NCBI GenBank assembly: GCA_963816395.1
Contig: CAWFKQ010000016.1
Span: 672,001 to 736,000 of the forward strand
Source: an uncultured delta proteobacterium
GTDB lineage: Bacteria; Desulfobacterota; Desulfuromonadia; Desulfuromonadales; JACZKF01
Length of the DNA stretch: 64,000 nucleotides
Reading direction: 5' to 3'
Below, piece by piece: positions 41,901 through 51,430 of the stretch. Below the pieces are notes generated by a model, which ran no database searches, was not told where the DNA came from, and was given only the letters and a program-made list of their open reading frames with translations. Position numbers and translations under genes: made by a program. Position 1 is the first letter of the stretch; every line of letters begins with the position of its first letter.

Positions 41901-42116
41901 TCAGCGCCGGGCCTCCTGCAGCGGCTGCGGGTTGCAGAGATCCCCGGCCGCATCGGCCCGCGCCCCGCAGTTGCGGCAGGCGAAGGCCGGGCGGGTGCTG
42001 CGGTTGCGGATTTCGGCCGTCATTCCGCGCTCCATCAGGTGGCACATATGGTCGCGGTGATTTCCCGGCAGGGCGCAGTAGCTGTATGTCGGCTCAGACG
42101 CTTTCTCTTCGGTCAT
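41901..42116 (-). CDS. Small Cys/His-rich hypothetical protein
   Basis: SD GGGGAG; HMCHL, CRNCG, LCNP. Confidence 0.7.
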   Translation of the reverse strand: MTEEKASEPTYSYCALPGNHRDHMCHLMERGMTAEIRNRSTRPAFACRNCGARADAAGDLCNPQPLQEARR

Positions 42117-42268
42117 GCTCTCGCTCCCCTGGATTCAGTGGTTTCCCCCAAGTATAGCCAATGCCCTTCGGATGCAAGCCGCCTGCTTGGGAACCTGCTT
42201 GGGAGCCCTTGTCTTCCGCCGCGGCAGCCGCTAATATAGGTTCCACTATATTGTCACCGGAGGAAGCG

Positions 42269-43175
42269 ATGCAGATGGACGAAGACCTGATCGAACGGCT
42301 GCGGCGGGTGCTCGCCTCGGTGGAGCAGATCCTGCCCCGCGCCGTTCCCGAGATCGACTGGGCCGCCTGCCCGGCGGCCAACTGGCGCCGCCATTCCCTG
42401 GCCGGCTATCTTGAGCCGATGCGGCAGGCGGACGACATCGTCCTTGACGACCTGCTGGGAATCGATGAGCAGAAGCAGGTGGTGGAGGAAAATACCCGTC
42501 AGTTCCTGGCCGGTTATCCGGCGAACAACATCCTCCTCTGGGGAGCGCGCGGCACTGGGAAATCCTCCCTCATCCGCGCCCTGCTCAACAGCTATGCGCC
42601 GCAGAGGCTGCGCATCGTCCAGGTCGACAAGGACGATCTGCCCTACTTGCCCGATATCTTCAGCCGCATCGAAGGGCAGCCCTACCGCTTTCTCATTTTC
42701 TGCGACGATCTCTCCTTCGAGGAGGGGGAGAAGAGCTACAAAATCCTCAAGAGCGCCCTCGATGGTTCCGTCTACGCGGCGCCGGAGAACGCCCTCATCT
42801 ACGTCACTTCCAACCGCCGCCACCTGCTCCCGGAATACACCAATGACAACCTCGGGGCGCATCTGAAGGGAGGAGAGATTCACCACGGGGAGACGGTCGA
42901 GGAAAAGATCTCCCTCTCCGACCGCTTCGGCCTCTGGGTCGCCTTCTCCCCGTTCAGCCAGGACCACTACCTGCGGGTGGCGCGCCAGTGCCTGGTCAAT
43001 CTCGCCACCAGGCATGCCCTGGCTCCGACCTGGGACAAGGAAACGGAACTGGCGGCGCATCGCCTGGTCGCACGAAAAGAGCAAGCGCTGCGGCCGCACG
43101 GCTTTCCAGTTCGCCAAGAAATGGGTGGGTAACAAGCTGCTCGCGGCCAACAGCCGGAATCTCGCCGCCGGATAA
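42269..43175 (+). CDS. DUF815 AAA+ ATPase; frameshift near 43060
   Basis: WGARGTGKSS, FCDDLSFE, TSNRRHL, EEKISLSDRFGL. Confidence 0.88.
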
Positions 43176-43208
43176 TCCCGGCGGTCTCCCCAACTATCCC
43201 TGCGCCCT

Positions 43209-44390
43209 TCACAAGCCCCGGTCGCCCGGCGACCGTCCCGGCCGGCGCTCGCTCACCCAGACCACCACGGTCAGCACCCATCCCCAGAACCGCTCCGCCA
43301 GCCGGCCGTACCAGGCGCGGCGCAGCCATTCGGCATAGTACACTTCCCGGCTGGCGGCGAAATCGAAAGCGAACAGTTCATGCACCCGCGCGGTTATTGC
43401 CGGGTCCTCCACTTCCTGATTGGCTTCCAGATTCCAGCGATGATTCCAGCGGTCCAGGTTGCTTGAGCCGATGCTCAGCCAATTGTCCCCGAGCAGAACC
43501 TTGGCGTGCAGGAAACGGGGCTGGTACTCATAGATGCGGACGCCGTCGCGCAGCATCTTTTCATAATAGCGGCGGCCGATGGTGCGAATTGCCGGATGGT
43601 CGGTGCGGGGGCCCGGCAGGAGCAGGCGCACATCGACGTCGGCTCGGGCGGCGCGGCGCAGCGCCCGCCGCAGCTTCCAGCTGGGAATGAAGTAGGCGGT
43701 AGCCAGCCAGACCCGGTTTTCGGCCCGGCGGATGCGCCTGATGAAGGCGCGGATGATGCCCGAGCGGGCCAAGGCGCGGGCGTGCACCACCACCCGCCCC
43801 GGGGCGCCTCCCGGCAGGGGAACGAGCGGCGCCTCCGGCAGGTCCAGGCGGGGGGCGGAGGCTTTTCCCTCCCAGTCCTCCCGGAACAGTTCCTGCCAGT
43901 CGCGTACGCAGGGGCCGCGGATCTCCAGCATCGTTTCATGCCAGTACTGGCCGGGACGGGCTGCGGGGTCGAACTGGTCGGAAATGCCGGCACCGCCGGT
44001 GAAGGCGACCGTCCCATCGACCACCAGCAGCTTGCGGTGGGTGCGTGCCAGGTTGGCCAGCCAGCGGCCGAGGCGCAGAGGATTGTAGAAGATCAGCTCG
44101 ACCCCGCCGGCGGTCAGCCGCTGGCGGTCGCCGCGGCGCAGGAGAAAAGAGCCGAAATCGTCCAGCAGCAGGCAGACCCGCACGCCACGGACGGCGGCGG
44201 CGAGCAGGGCGTCGATGAAGTGGTCGGCGATCCGCCCCGACTCGAACAGGTATATCTCCAACAGGATGTAGCGACGGGCGGCGGCTATGCTGCCCAGCAT
44301 TTCGGGGAAGAACTCGCTGCCGTCGACCAGCAGACGGAAGCGGTTTCCCTCACGGCGGGGGAAGCGGTATTTCAGCTTGGCGATAGACAT
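43209..44390 (-). CDS. clsB: Cardiolipin synthase B-like phospholipase D
   Basis: HRKLLVVD and HAKVLLGD HKD motifs, GSSNLD; no N-terminal TM. Confidence 0.85.
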   Translation of the reverse strand: MSIAKLKYRFPRREGNRFRLLVDGSEFFPEMLGSIAAARRYILLEIYLFESGRIADHFIDALLAAAVRGVRVCLLLDDFGSFLLRRGDRQRLTAGGVELIFYNPLRLGRWLANLARTHRKLLVVDGTVAFTGGAGISDQFDPAARPGQYWHETMLEIRGPCVRDWQELFREDWEGKASAPRLDLPEAPLVPLPGGAPGRVVVHARALARSGIIRAFIRRIRRAENRVWLATAYFIPSWKLRRALRRAARADVDVRLLLPGPRTDHPAIRTIGRRYYEKMLRDGVRIYEYQPRFLHAKVLLGDNWLSIGSSNLDRWNHRWNLEANQEVEDPAITARVHELFAFDFAASREVYYAEWLRRAWYGRLAERFWGWVLTVVVWVSERRPGRSPGDRGL

Positions 44391-44524
44391 CGTTTTCGGC
44401 CGGCGAAATGACTGCTCAGATTATACAAGATGAATGATCAGATTATAGCAGATCCCGCGCCGCCTTCCGTTTCTTCCAGACCGGCTGATGATGACGGTTA
44501 ATCAGGGAGATAGAAAGCTCCACC

Positions 44525-45589
44525 TCACAGACGGTGCTTCCCGGTCAGTCCGGTCAGGTCCTCCGCCAGGGCGCGGATATCCTCGGTGGTGGTGCTCCAG
44601 GAGCACATGAAACGTGCCTGGCCGGAGCCGATGAAAGTGTAGAATTGCCAGCCGCGGGAGCGCAGGCCCTCGATCAGCCGCGGCTCCATCTGGACGAAAA
44701 CGGCGTTGGCCTGGCAGGGATGGGCGATCTCCACGCCGGCGATTCCCGTCAGGGCCTCGGCCAGCTGCCGGGCGCAGCGGTTGGCATGGGCAGCGTGGCG
44801 CAGCAGGGCGCCATCGCGCAACATGCCGATCCACGGAGCGGCGAGAAAACGCATCTTGGAGGCGAGCTGCCCCGCCTGCTTGCAGCGATAATCGAATTCC
44901 TCCGCCAGCTTCCGGTTGAAAAAGATCACCGCTTCTCCCACCGCCATGCCGCTCTTGGTGCCGCCCAGGGTGAGCACGTCCACCCCCGCCTCCCAGCTCA
45001 GCTCCCGGGGGGAGGCGCCGAGGGCCGCCAGCGCATTGGCGAAGCGGGCCCCGTCCATGTGCAGGCGCAGCCCGAGGCGGCGACAGAGGGCGCCGGTGTC
45101 CCGCAGTTCCGCTGCCGAATAGACGCTGCCCAATTCGGTCGACTGGCTGATGCTGAGCACCCGCGGCTTGGGATGGTGGATGTCGCTGCGCCGAAGGACG
45201 GCATGTTCCACCGCCCGCAGGTCTGCCTTGCCGTGCTCCCCTGGCACCAGCAGGATTTTGGTGCCGTTGGAGAAGAATTCGGGGGCGCCGCACTCGTCCG
45301 TCTCGATATGGGCGAGCTCATGGCAGACGATGCTGTGGTACGACTGGCAGAGCGCCGAGAGAGCCAGGGAGTTGGCCGCGGTGCCGTTGAAGACGAAGAA
45401 TATCTGGCAGTCGGCCGCAAAAAACTCGCGCAGCAGGTCGCAGGCCTGGGCGGTGCAGAGATCGGCGCCGTAGGACGGGGCATAACCGGCGTTGGCCTCA
45501 GCCATCGCCGCCCAGGCTTCGGGACAGATGGCCGCGTAATTGTCGCTGGCGAATTGGTTGCGAGTTGGCGCGGTGCTTGGCTGGGGCAT
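44525..45589 (-). CDS. Low-specificity L-threonine aldolase
   Basis: FASDNY, FNGTAAN, DECGAPE, HMDGARFANA, GGTK. Confidence 0.92.
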   Translation of the reverse strand: MPQPSTAPTRNQFASDNYAAICPEAWAAMAEANAGYAPSYGADLCTAQACDLLREFFAADCQIFFVFNGTAANSLALSALCQSYHSIVCHELAHIETDECGAPEFFSNGTKILLVPGEHGKADLRAVEHAVLRRSDIHHPKPRVLSISQSTELGSVYSAAELRDTGALCRRLGLRLHMDGARFANALAALGASPRELSWEAGVDVLTLGGTKSGMAVGEAVIFFNRKLAEEFDYRCKQAGQLASKMRFLAAPWIGMLRDGALLRHAAHANRCARQLAEALTGIAGVEIAHPCQANAVFVQMEPRLIEGLRSRGWQFYTFIGSGQARFMCSWSTTTEDIRALAEDLTGLTGKHRL

Positions 45590-46073
45590 CGTTTCCTCCC
45601 TGGTCTCTTCAGCGAGGCGGGTTTCGTCCGAAACGGTCGCCTGCGGGGGTTGGCGGCGTCCCGATGTACGCCTGCGCGCATCCCTTGAATTCCAGCTGGT
45701 TTGGCCGCCAGCTCGTTTTTCATCCGGATGTTTTCAGATGCAATGAGCCTAGCAGGAAGCGGCAGGGGGAGCAATTGAAAAGGCGGTCGCGAGGGATAGG
45801 CAGAAAGCTGCCAAATTGCCAAAAATAAAAAAATGTTTTGCAATTCTGCGAATCGACCGGTAGTCGAACGGAAATCCTTGCAAGTAGCCATAATACACCG
45901 TATTATAGAAATCTAATAGCACGCAGTTAAGATAAACAAAGAAAATTACGCCCCTTTTTTTCGCAAAATTGCAAGAAAGATCCCCTTCCCACAGCCTTCG
46001 CCGGCTTCTCAGCGTAGGTTGCAAGCTGCTGAAGAAAAAGGATTCTGTCGATTTCCCCAGGGTGTATAGAACA

Positions 46074-46090
46074 TTGGTATATGACTTGCT
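46074..46090 (+). promoter_or_regulatory. Sigma54 (-24/-12) promoter candidate
   Basis: TTGGTATATGACTTGCT = GG-N10-GC, about 105 nt upstream of ATG 46195. Confidence 0.55.
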
Positions 46091-46194
46091 GAAGTTGTTC
46101 CCCAGAAAACTAGGGCATTGCCAGCGGACAACGGAAGATGTCTCAACCGGCGCACTGGCGGAAAAGTAATCATTTGGGTGAAGGAGAGAGGGTA

Positions 46195-46957
46195 ATGAAA
46201 GCAAAAATCAATCAGGCGGAAGTTGATTATGAGGATTTCGGGGGCGGCCCAGCCGTGCTGTTCCTGCACGATTATCCCACCAATCAGGATCTGCCCGGGG
46301 GCGATTTCGCGGATCTTGCCGAAGCCGGCTACCGGGTGATCCTGAGCAATCTGCGAATCCATCGGCTGGAAACGGAGTCCGCTGCCGATAGCGGTGCGCT
46401 GGATGCCGTAGCCCTGCTCAATTTTCTCGGGATCGGCCGTACCATTGTGTTCGGTATTTCCCTGGGGGGCTGTGTGCTTCTTGATCTGCTGGAAAAATTC
46501 CCCGGGCGGGTGGCCGCTTCCAGCCTGGTGCTGACTCCGGCCGCGGCCAAAGCTTTCCGGCGGCAGGTCAGGCGGCCGGCCGTCCGGTCCGCTCTGCTGG
46601 AGGGACGCCTGGATGAGCTGAAAACAGCGCTCAGGAAAGCACTGACCGGAAGGAAGCAGCCGCCTCCACCGGTCATGCATCAGCTGGGTGCCTGGATCCG
46701 CCGCGTCCGCAGCAGGAATCTGCAACATGCCAGCAGTTGTGAACTGCTGGCCGAAATGGAGGTGCCGCCTCTGCTGATCGAATATGAGACCGGGCGCGGC
46801 CGCTCCCGGGGTGGCGAAGAAATCGAAAGTTTCCTTCGCCACCCGGGGTTGGAAGAGGATCAAGGGGCTCAACGCCCACTTTGTCGCGCTCCTCGATTCG
46901 CTCATTCCGCGGGACGCGGAACCAGACGAGGAAGAGATCCTCTCCGACCTGGCGTAA
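46195..46957 (+). CDS. Divergent alpha/beta-hydrolase fold protein; frameshift near 46800-46850
   Basis: YEDFGGGPAVLFLH, GISLGG elbow; shifted frame ends DEEEILSDLA*. Confidence 0.65.
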
Positions 46958-46983
46958 TAGGGCAAGACGGCGGGATCCGCTTC

Positions 46984-47613
46984 CTACTTGGAATAGAGCT
47001 CCACGATCAACCGCTCCTGGAAGGCCTGAGCGGTGAGTTCTTCCCGGACCGGCAGCGACTTGACCGAGCCGCGGTACTCGTTTCGCTGCAGTTCGATCCA
47101 GGAAGGAAAGCCGCGCCGGAGGGCGCTGTCCAGGGATTCGTTGATCCGGGCGACTTGCCGGCTTCTCGACCGCAGCTCGACGGCGTCGCCGGGGCGCACC
47201 AGGTAAGAGGGGATGTCGACCTTGCGGCCATTGAGACGGAAATGTCCGTGGTTGATCAGCTGCCGGGCCTCGGCCCGGGTGGCGCCGAACCCGAGGCGAT
47301 AGACGACACTATCCAGCCGGCGCTCGAGCAGGATCAGCAGATTTTCGCCGGTGACCCCCTTCATCCGCTCGGCCTTTTCGAAGTAGGTCCGGAATTGCTT
47401 CTCACGCAACCCGTAGGTGCGCCTGGCCCGCTGTTTTTCCCGCAATTGCAAGCCATAATCGGATATCTTGCTACGCCGCTGTCCGTGTTGCCCCGGTGGG
47501 TAATTGCGGCGCTGGATGCCACATTTTTCCGACAAGCTCCTGTCCCCTTTGAGGGACAGGCACATCCCTTCCCGGCGGCAGAGCCGGCAGACGGGTCCGA
47601 TATATCTTCCCAA
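46984..47613 (-). CDS. rpsD: 30S ribosomal protein S4 (stand-alone copy)
   Basis: [47 protein letters not shown] start. Confidence 0.95.
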   Translation of the reverse strand: MGRYIGPVCRLCRREGMCLSLKGDRSLSEKCGIQRRNYPPGQHGQRRSKISDYGLQLREKQRARRTYGLREKQFRTYFEKAERMKGVTGENLLILLERRLDSVVYRLGFGATRAEARQLINHGHFRLNGRKVDIPSYLVRPGDAVELRSRSRQVARINESLDSALRRGFPSWIELQRNEYRGSVKSLPVREELTAQAFQERLIVELYSK

Positions 47614-47847
47614 AAGTAATCTCCTTCTGTGGGTCGGTTTATTTTATGACCAGATAGGTCTTCTTTTTTCTACCACCATTCGGAAAATATTTCCAGTGCC
47701 GAGGGGGAAAGGGGCGGAAGCGACGAGAAGATCGTCCACCAGGAGGCAGGGGAGATGCCCAGGGAACTTGCCTGGGGGAGGTAAGGACACCACGATACCG
47801 GGGCAGCCGAGCGGCCGCCCCTTTTGCTTCGACCAGCGGCAGCCTGC

Positions 47848-48318
47848 TTATTCTTCCCAGTAGGGGGCCACCCCGTAATAATCGGCAATCCGGCGATGAA
47901 AATCCATCGGCTCCTGCCCCGGAGCGGGAATCGGGGCGTTTACCAACTGCTGTTTATCCACGTTCAAAATGATTTCGTCGTTCTCTACCGTTAAAGCATT
48001 TACCGGAACCAGGCGAAGGTCTTCCTCCGCCAGGGAGTTGCCCGTATCGACCAGGGCATAGGCAACCTTCTCGATCTTGGGATCGACCAGGAAGCTGACG
48101 ACGACGCCCAGCTCTTCTCCCTGCTGATTTTTGATGATCAGTTGGTCGGTGGCGGCCTGGTTGCCAGCCTGATTAGCGCCATCCGTGCCGGTTGTCCTGG
48201 ACCTCCCGTTGGTCGTTGCTCCTGCCTCGACTCCTGCGGCAAAAACAGCAGGGGCGAGTGCGACACTCAGCGTGGTAGCTAAAAGAAGCATTTTTAAGAG
48301 AAGTATTTTTCCCTTCAT
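47848..48318 (-). CDS. Secreted PRC-barrel protein
   Basis: Signal peptide; NQQGEELGVV..FLVD..KVAYA, YYGVAPYW. Confidence 0.8.
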   Translation of the reverse strand: MKGKILLLKMLLLATTLSVALAPAVFAAGVEAGATTNGRSRTTGTDGANQAGNQAATDQLIIKNQQGEELGVVVSFLVDPKIEKVAYALVDTGNSLAEEDLRLVPVNALTVENDEIILNVDKQQLVNAPIPAPGQEPMDFHRRIADYYGVAPYWEE

Positions 48319-48497
48319 GGACTATCCCTTTCTCCCTCCTGACGCTTAGACATTACCTTTTCGCAACGGGATGTCAAAGAGCCACTGCGGTTGACTTTTC
48401 CCGGGTGGCGGGAGTGTAATGAAGAACAGCTGGAGTGAATGCTCCGGCATTTTTTCGTTTGGGACAGGTCCCGGGGGACCACTCTGCAGATACGGCT

Positions 48498-49943
48498 ATG
48501 AGATTCAGGGATAAAACGGAGGCGCCGCCGCCGGCCCAGGGCGGCCTGCGGGAAATGCTGGCCATCGCCCTGCCGATGGTGGTTTCGCACGGCTGCGAGA
48601 CGGTTCTTATCTTCACCGACCGGCTGTTTTTATCGCACCTGGGGCCGGTGCAGATGAGCGCCGCCATGGGCGGGGGCTTGACCAGCTTCATGATGACAAC
48701 CTTCTTCATCGGACTGATCGGGTATGCGACCGCGCTGGTGGCGCAATACCTCGGAGCCGGTCGGAAAAGTCACTGTGCGCTGGCGGTCTCGCAGTCTCTG
48801 CTCATTGCCCTGCTCGCCTATCCGCTGATCCTGGCGGGTCGGCCGCTGGCGCACGGGCTGTTTGCCATGGTGGGGATTGCCGCCGAACAGCTCCGGCCGC
48901 AGGCGCTTTATTTCGACATCCTTCTGAGCGGGTCCATTCTGGTTCTGCTGCGCACCTGCTTCAGCAGCTTTTTCTCCGGCATTGGCCGCACCCGGGTGGT
49001 CATGCTTTCCGCTCTGACTGCCATGGTGGTCAATGTCGGCGCCAATTACGTCCTGATATTCGGCAGGTTCGGGGTGCCCGCACTGGGGATTCGCGGGGCC
49101 GCCTACGGGACCCTTTTCAGCAGCCTGTGCGCCCTGCTGGTCCTGCTGGCGGTTTACCTGGGGAAAGAAAATCGCCGCGCCTACGCGGTGAGAGCGGCCC
49201 TGCGGTTCGACGGACCGGTAATGGCCAAGCTGCTGCATTTCGGATATCCGGCCGGCGTGGAGATGTTTCTGAACCTGCTCGCCTTTACCTCCATGATCCT
49301 GATCTTCCAGGCGCACGGACTGGCGACGGCAACCGCCATCACCATCGTCTTTAACTGGGACATGGTCTCTTTCGTCCCCCTGCTCGGCCTTCAGATCGGC
49401 GTGGTCAGCCTGGTCGGCCGCTACATGGGCGCCGGCCGGCCGGATATCGCCGAGCGGGCCGCTTTCTCCGGTCTGAAAATGGGCTGGATGTACTCGTCGC
49501 TTATCCTGCTCCTGTTCGTCTTCCTCCCACAGCAGCTGGTGGCGGTGTTCCGGCCCGACGGCGCCGATGCCATCTTCTCCCAGGCGGCGCCGCTCGCCGC
49601 GAGCATGCTGCGCCTGGCTTCCCTGTATGTGCTCGCCGATGCCGTGGTGGTCGTATGCAGCGGCACATTGCGTGGGGCCGGCGATACCTTCTGGGCCATG
49701 GGCGTGTCGGTCGGCATGCACTGGCTGCTCGTACCGGTGCTGATCCTGCTCCTGAGAATTCTTCACCTTTCGCCGCTGGTCGCCTGGCTGGCGCTCATTG
49801 TCTTCTTCCTGAGCTTCAGCGGCGTATTCTACCTGCGCTTTCGCGGCGGCAGATGGAAAACGGTGGCGGTGGTGTCGGACATGGAAATGCCAGGGGCAGC
49901 CCCTGGGGCAGAGCGACCGCCGCTGGTGGATTCGGCCGCTTGA
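48498..49943 (+). CDS. MATE family efflux transporter
   Basis: IALPM..DRLFLSHLG, LGIRGAA, LRGAGDT. Confidence 0.9.
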   Translation: MRFRDKTEAPPPAQGGLREMLAIALPMVVSHGCETVLIFTDRLFLSHLGPVQMSAAMGGGLTSFMMTTFFIGLIGYATALVAQYLGAGRKSHCALAVSQSLLIALLAYPLILAGRPLAHGLFAMVGIAAEQLRPQALYFDILLSGSILVLLRTCFSSFFSGIGRTRVVMLSALTAMVVNVGANYVLIFGRFGVPALGIRGAAYGTLFSSLCALLVLLAVYLGKENRRAYAVRAALRFDGPVMAKLLHFGYPAGVEMFLNLLAFTSMILIFQAHGLATATAITIVFNWDMVSFVPLLGLQIGVVSLVGRYMGAGRPDIAERAAFSGLKMGWMYSSLILLLFVFLPQQLVAVFRPDGADAIFSQAAPLAASMLRLASLYVLADAVVVVCSGTLRGAGDTFWAMGVSVGMHWLLVPVLILLLRILHLSPLVAWLALIVFFLSFSGVFYLRFRGGRWKTVAVVSDMEMPGAAPGAERPPLVDSAA

Positions 49944-50017
49944 CCGCAGTTTCCGGTCAGGTATCCTTCATGATTGACGATCAACGGCTATCCAGCAATC
50001 CAGCAAAGGAACTCCCC

Positions 50018-50458
50018 ATGCCTATCGCTCCCGTCCTTTACCGCCTGGCGCTGGCCTTCTGGGTCGGCGGCATCGCCATCTTCACTTTCGTTCTTACCCC
50101 GATTCTGTTCAGAACCCAGCCGCGCGACCTGGCCGCGAAGATCGTCGGCGTGCTTTTCCCCGGCTATTTCCGCTGGGGGCTCGCCTGCGGCGCCGTCGCC
50201 CTGGTCTGCCTGCTGCTGCAGCGCGGCCGCCATTTCCTGCCGTCGCTGGCGCTCCTGCTCCTGATGCTGACGGCGACAGCTTTCCAGGCGCTGGTCGTCG
50301 AGCCGAAAGCCGCTGCCCTCAAGGAGAAGATCGGCTCCTTCGAGAGCACTCCCAGGGATCACCCCCTGCGGCAGCAGTTCTCGCGCCTGCACGGGATATC
50401 AGCCGTCTGCAACCTGGGAACCTTTGCCGGCGGCGTGGCCCTGATCATTCTGCTGTGA
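50018..50458 (+). CDS. DUF4149/TMEM205-like membrane protein
   Basis: FWVGG..F.FVLTP.LF, FSRLHGIS. Confidence 0.8.
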   Translation: MPIAPVLYRLALAFWVGGIAIFTFVLTPILFRTQPRDLAAKIVGVLFPGYFRWGLACGAVALVCLLLQRGRHFLPSLALLLLMLTATAFQALVVEPKAAALKEKIGSFESTPRDHPLRQQFSRLHGISAVCNLGTFAGGVALIILL

Positions 50459-50506
50459 GAGCCGCTTCGCCGCCGGTGGCCATCGGCCGACCCGGAACAG
50501 TTCCGG

Positions 50507-51430
50507 TCAGCCGATGCCGAGTCTTTTGGCCAACAGCTCAAGGCAGAGTCCCGGGAATTGTTTTTCGAGGAAAAGGCTGCTCTCCCGACATCCCTCCAAC
50601 AGCAGTCGCAGCGCCCCCCTGAAGTCCCGATAATAGATCCGGGCCCGGACATGTTCCAGGTACCGGCCCCGCTCGGCCCGGCGCAAGGCCCCCGGCTGAA
50701 TGTCCGCACCTGCCGCCGCCCGGCGCAGGATATGCACCTGGGTGCGCAGGTTAGTATCCAGGTCCTCGTTCGCCGTCCTGGTGCCGGCGGCTTTCCGGTA
50801 GAGATAAAGCGGCTCCTGGATCGCCGGAAAGGAACAGAAACCCGCCAGCCGCAGCCACAGATCCCAATCCTCCGCCGTCGAAAGCCGCGGATTATAACCG
50901 CCCGCCCGCAGCAGGCAGTCTTTGGGGACCAGGGCGGTGGTGAAGATAGCCATCTGCCCTGCTCCCAGGCCAAGGAGAGCGGGTAAGGGGTTGTTCGCCG
51001 GCAACTCCGGCACCGCGGTGACGTTCAGGTCCGTTTTCCGGCCGTCGACGACCATGAACCGCCGGATGCCGGTCAGAACCGCCGCCTCTCCCCTGGCCTG
51101 CCGCAGAACCGCCAGTTGTCGCGCGATCTTCTCCGGCGCATAGAGGTCGTCGGCATCGAGGAATGCCACCAATGCCCCCCGCGCTTCCTCGATTCCCCGG
51201 TTGCGGGCGGCGGCCGAGCCCGCGTTCTCCTGGCGGAAATAGCGGCAACGGCGATCCCCAGCCGCATAACGCCGGGCGATCTCCCCGCTGGCGTCGGTTG
51301 AGCCGTCGTCGATGATCAGGACCTCGAGGGCAAGGTGGCTCTGGTTCAGCACCGAGTCCAGGGCTTCGGCCAGAGTCGGCGCGGCGTTGAAGGTCGGGAC
51401 CACCACCGAGACGAGGTCCGGTCGGCTCAT
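50507..51430 (-). CDS. Glycosyltransferase family 2
   Basis: VSVVVPTFN, DDGSTD, FLDADD, EDWDLW. Confidence 0.92.
   Translation of the reverse strand: MSRPDLVSVVVPTFNAAPTLAEALDSVLNQSHLALEVLIIDDGSTDASGEIARRYAAGDRRCRYFRQENAGSAAARNRGIEEARGALVAFLDADDLYAPEKIARQLAVLRQARGEAAVLTGIRRFMVVDGRKTDLNVTAVPELPANNPLPALLGLGAGQMAIFTTALVPKDCLLRAGGYNPRLSTAEDWDLWLRLAGFCSFPAIQEPLYLYRKAAGTRTANEDLDTNLRTQVHILRRAAAGADIQPGALRRAERGRYLEHVRARIYYRDFRGALRLLLEGCRESSLFLEKQFPGLCLELLAKRLGIG

Noticed and set aside
45590..45800. Glycine riboswitch upstream of threonine aldolase
   Set aside because: No GGAGA/CCGAAG/CUCUCAGG core on the minus strand
46138..47619. 493-aa hydrolase overlapping rpsD
   Set aside because: Read-through from a frameshift; likely true stop at 46957
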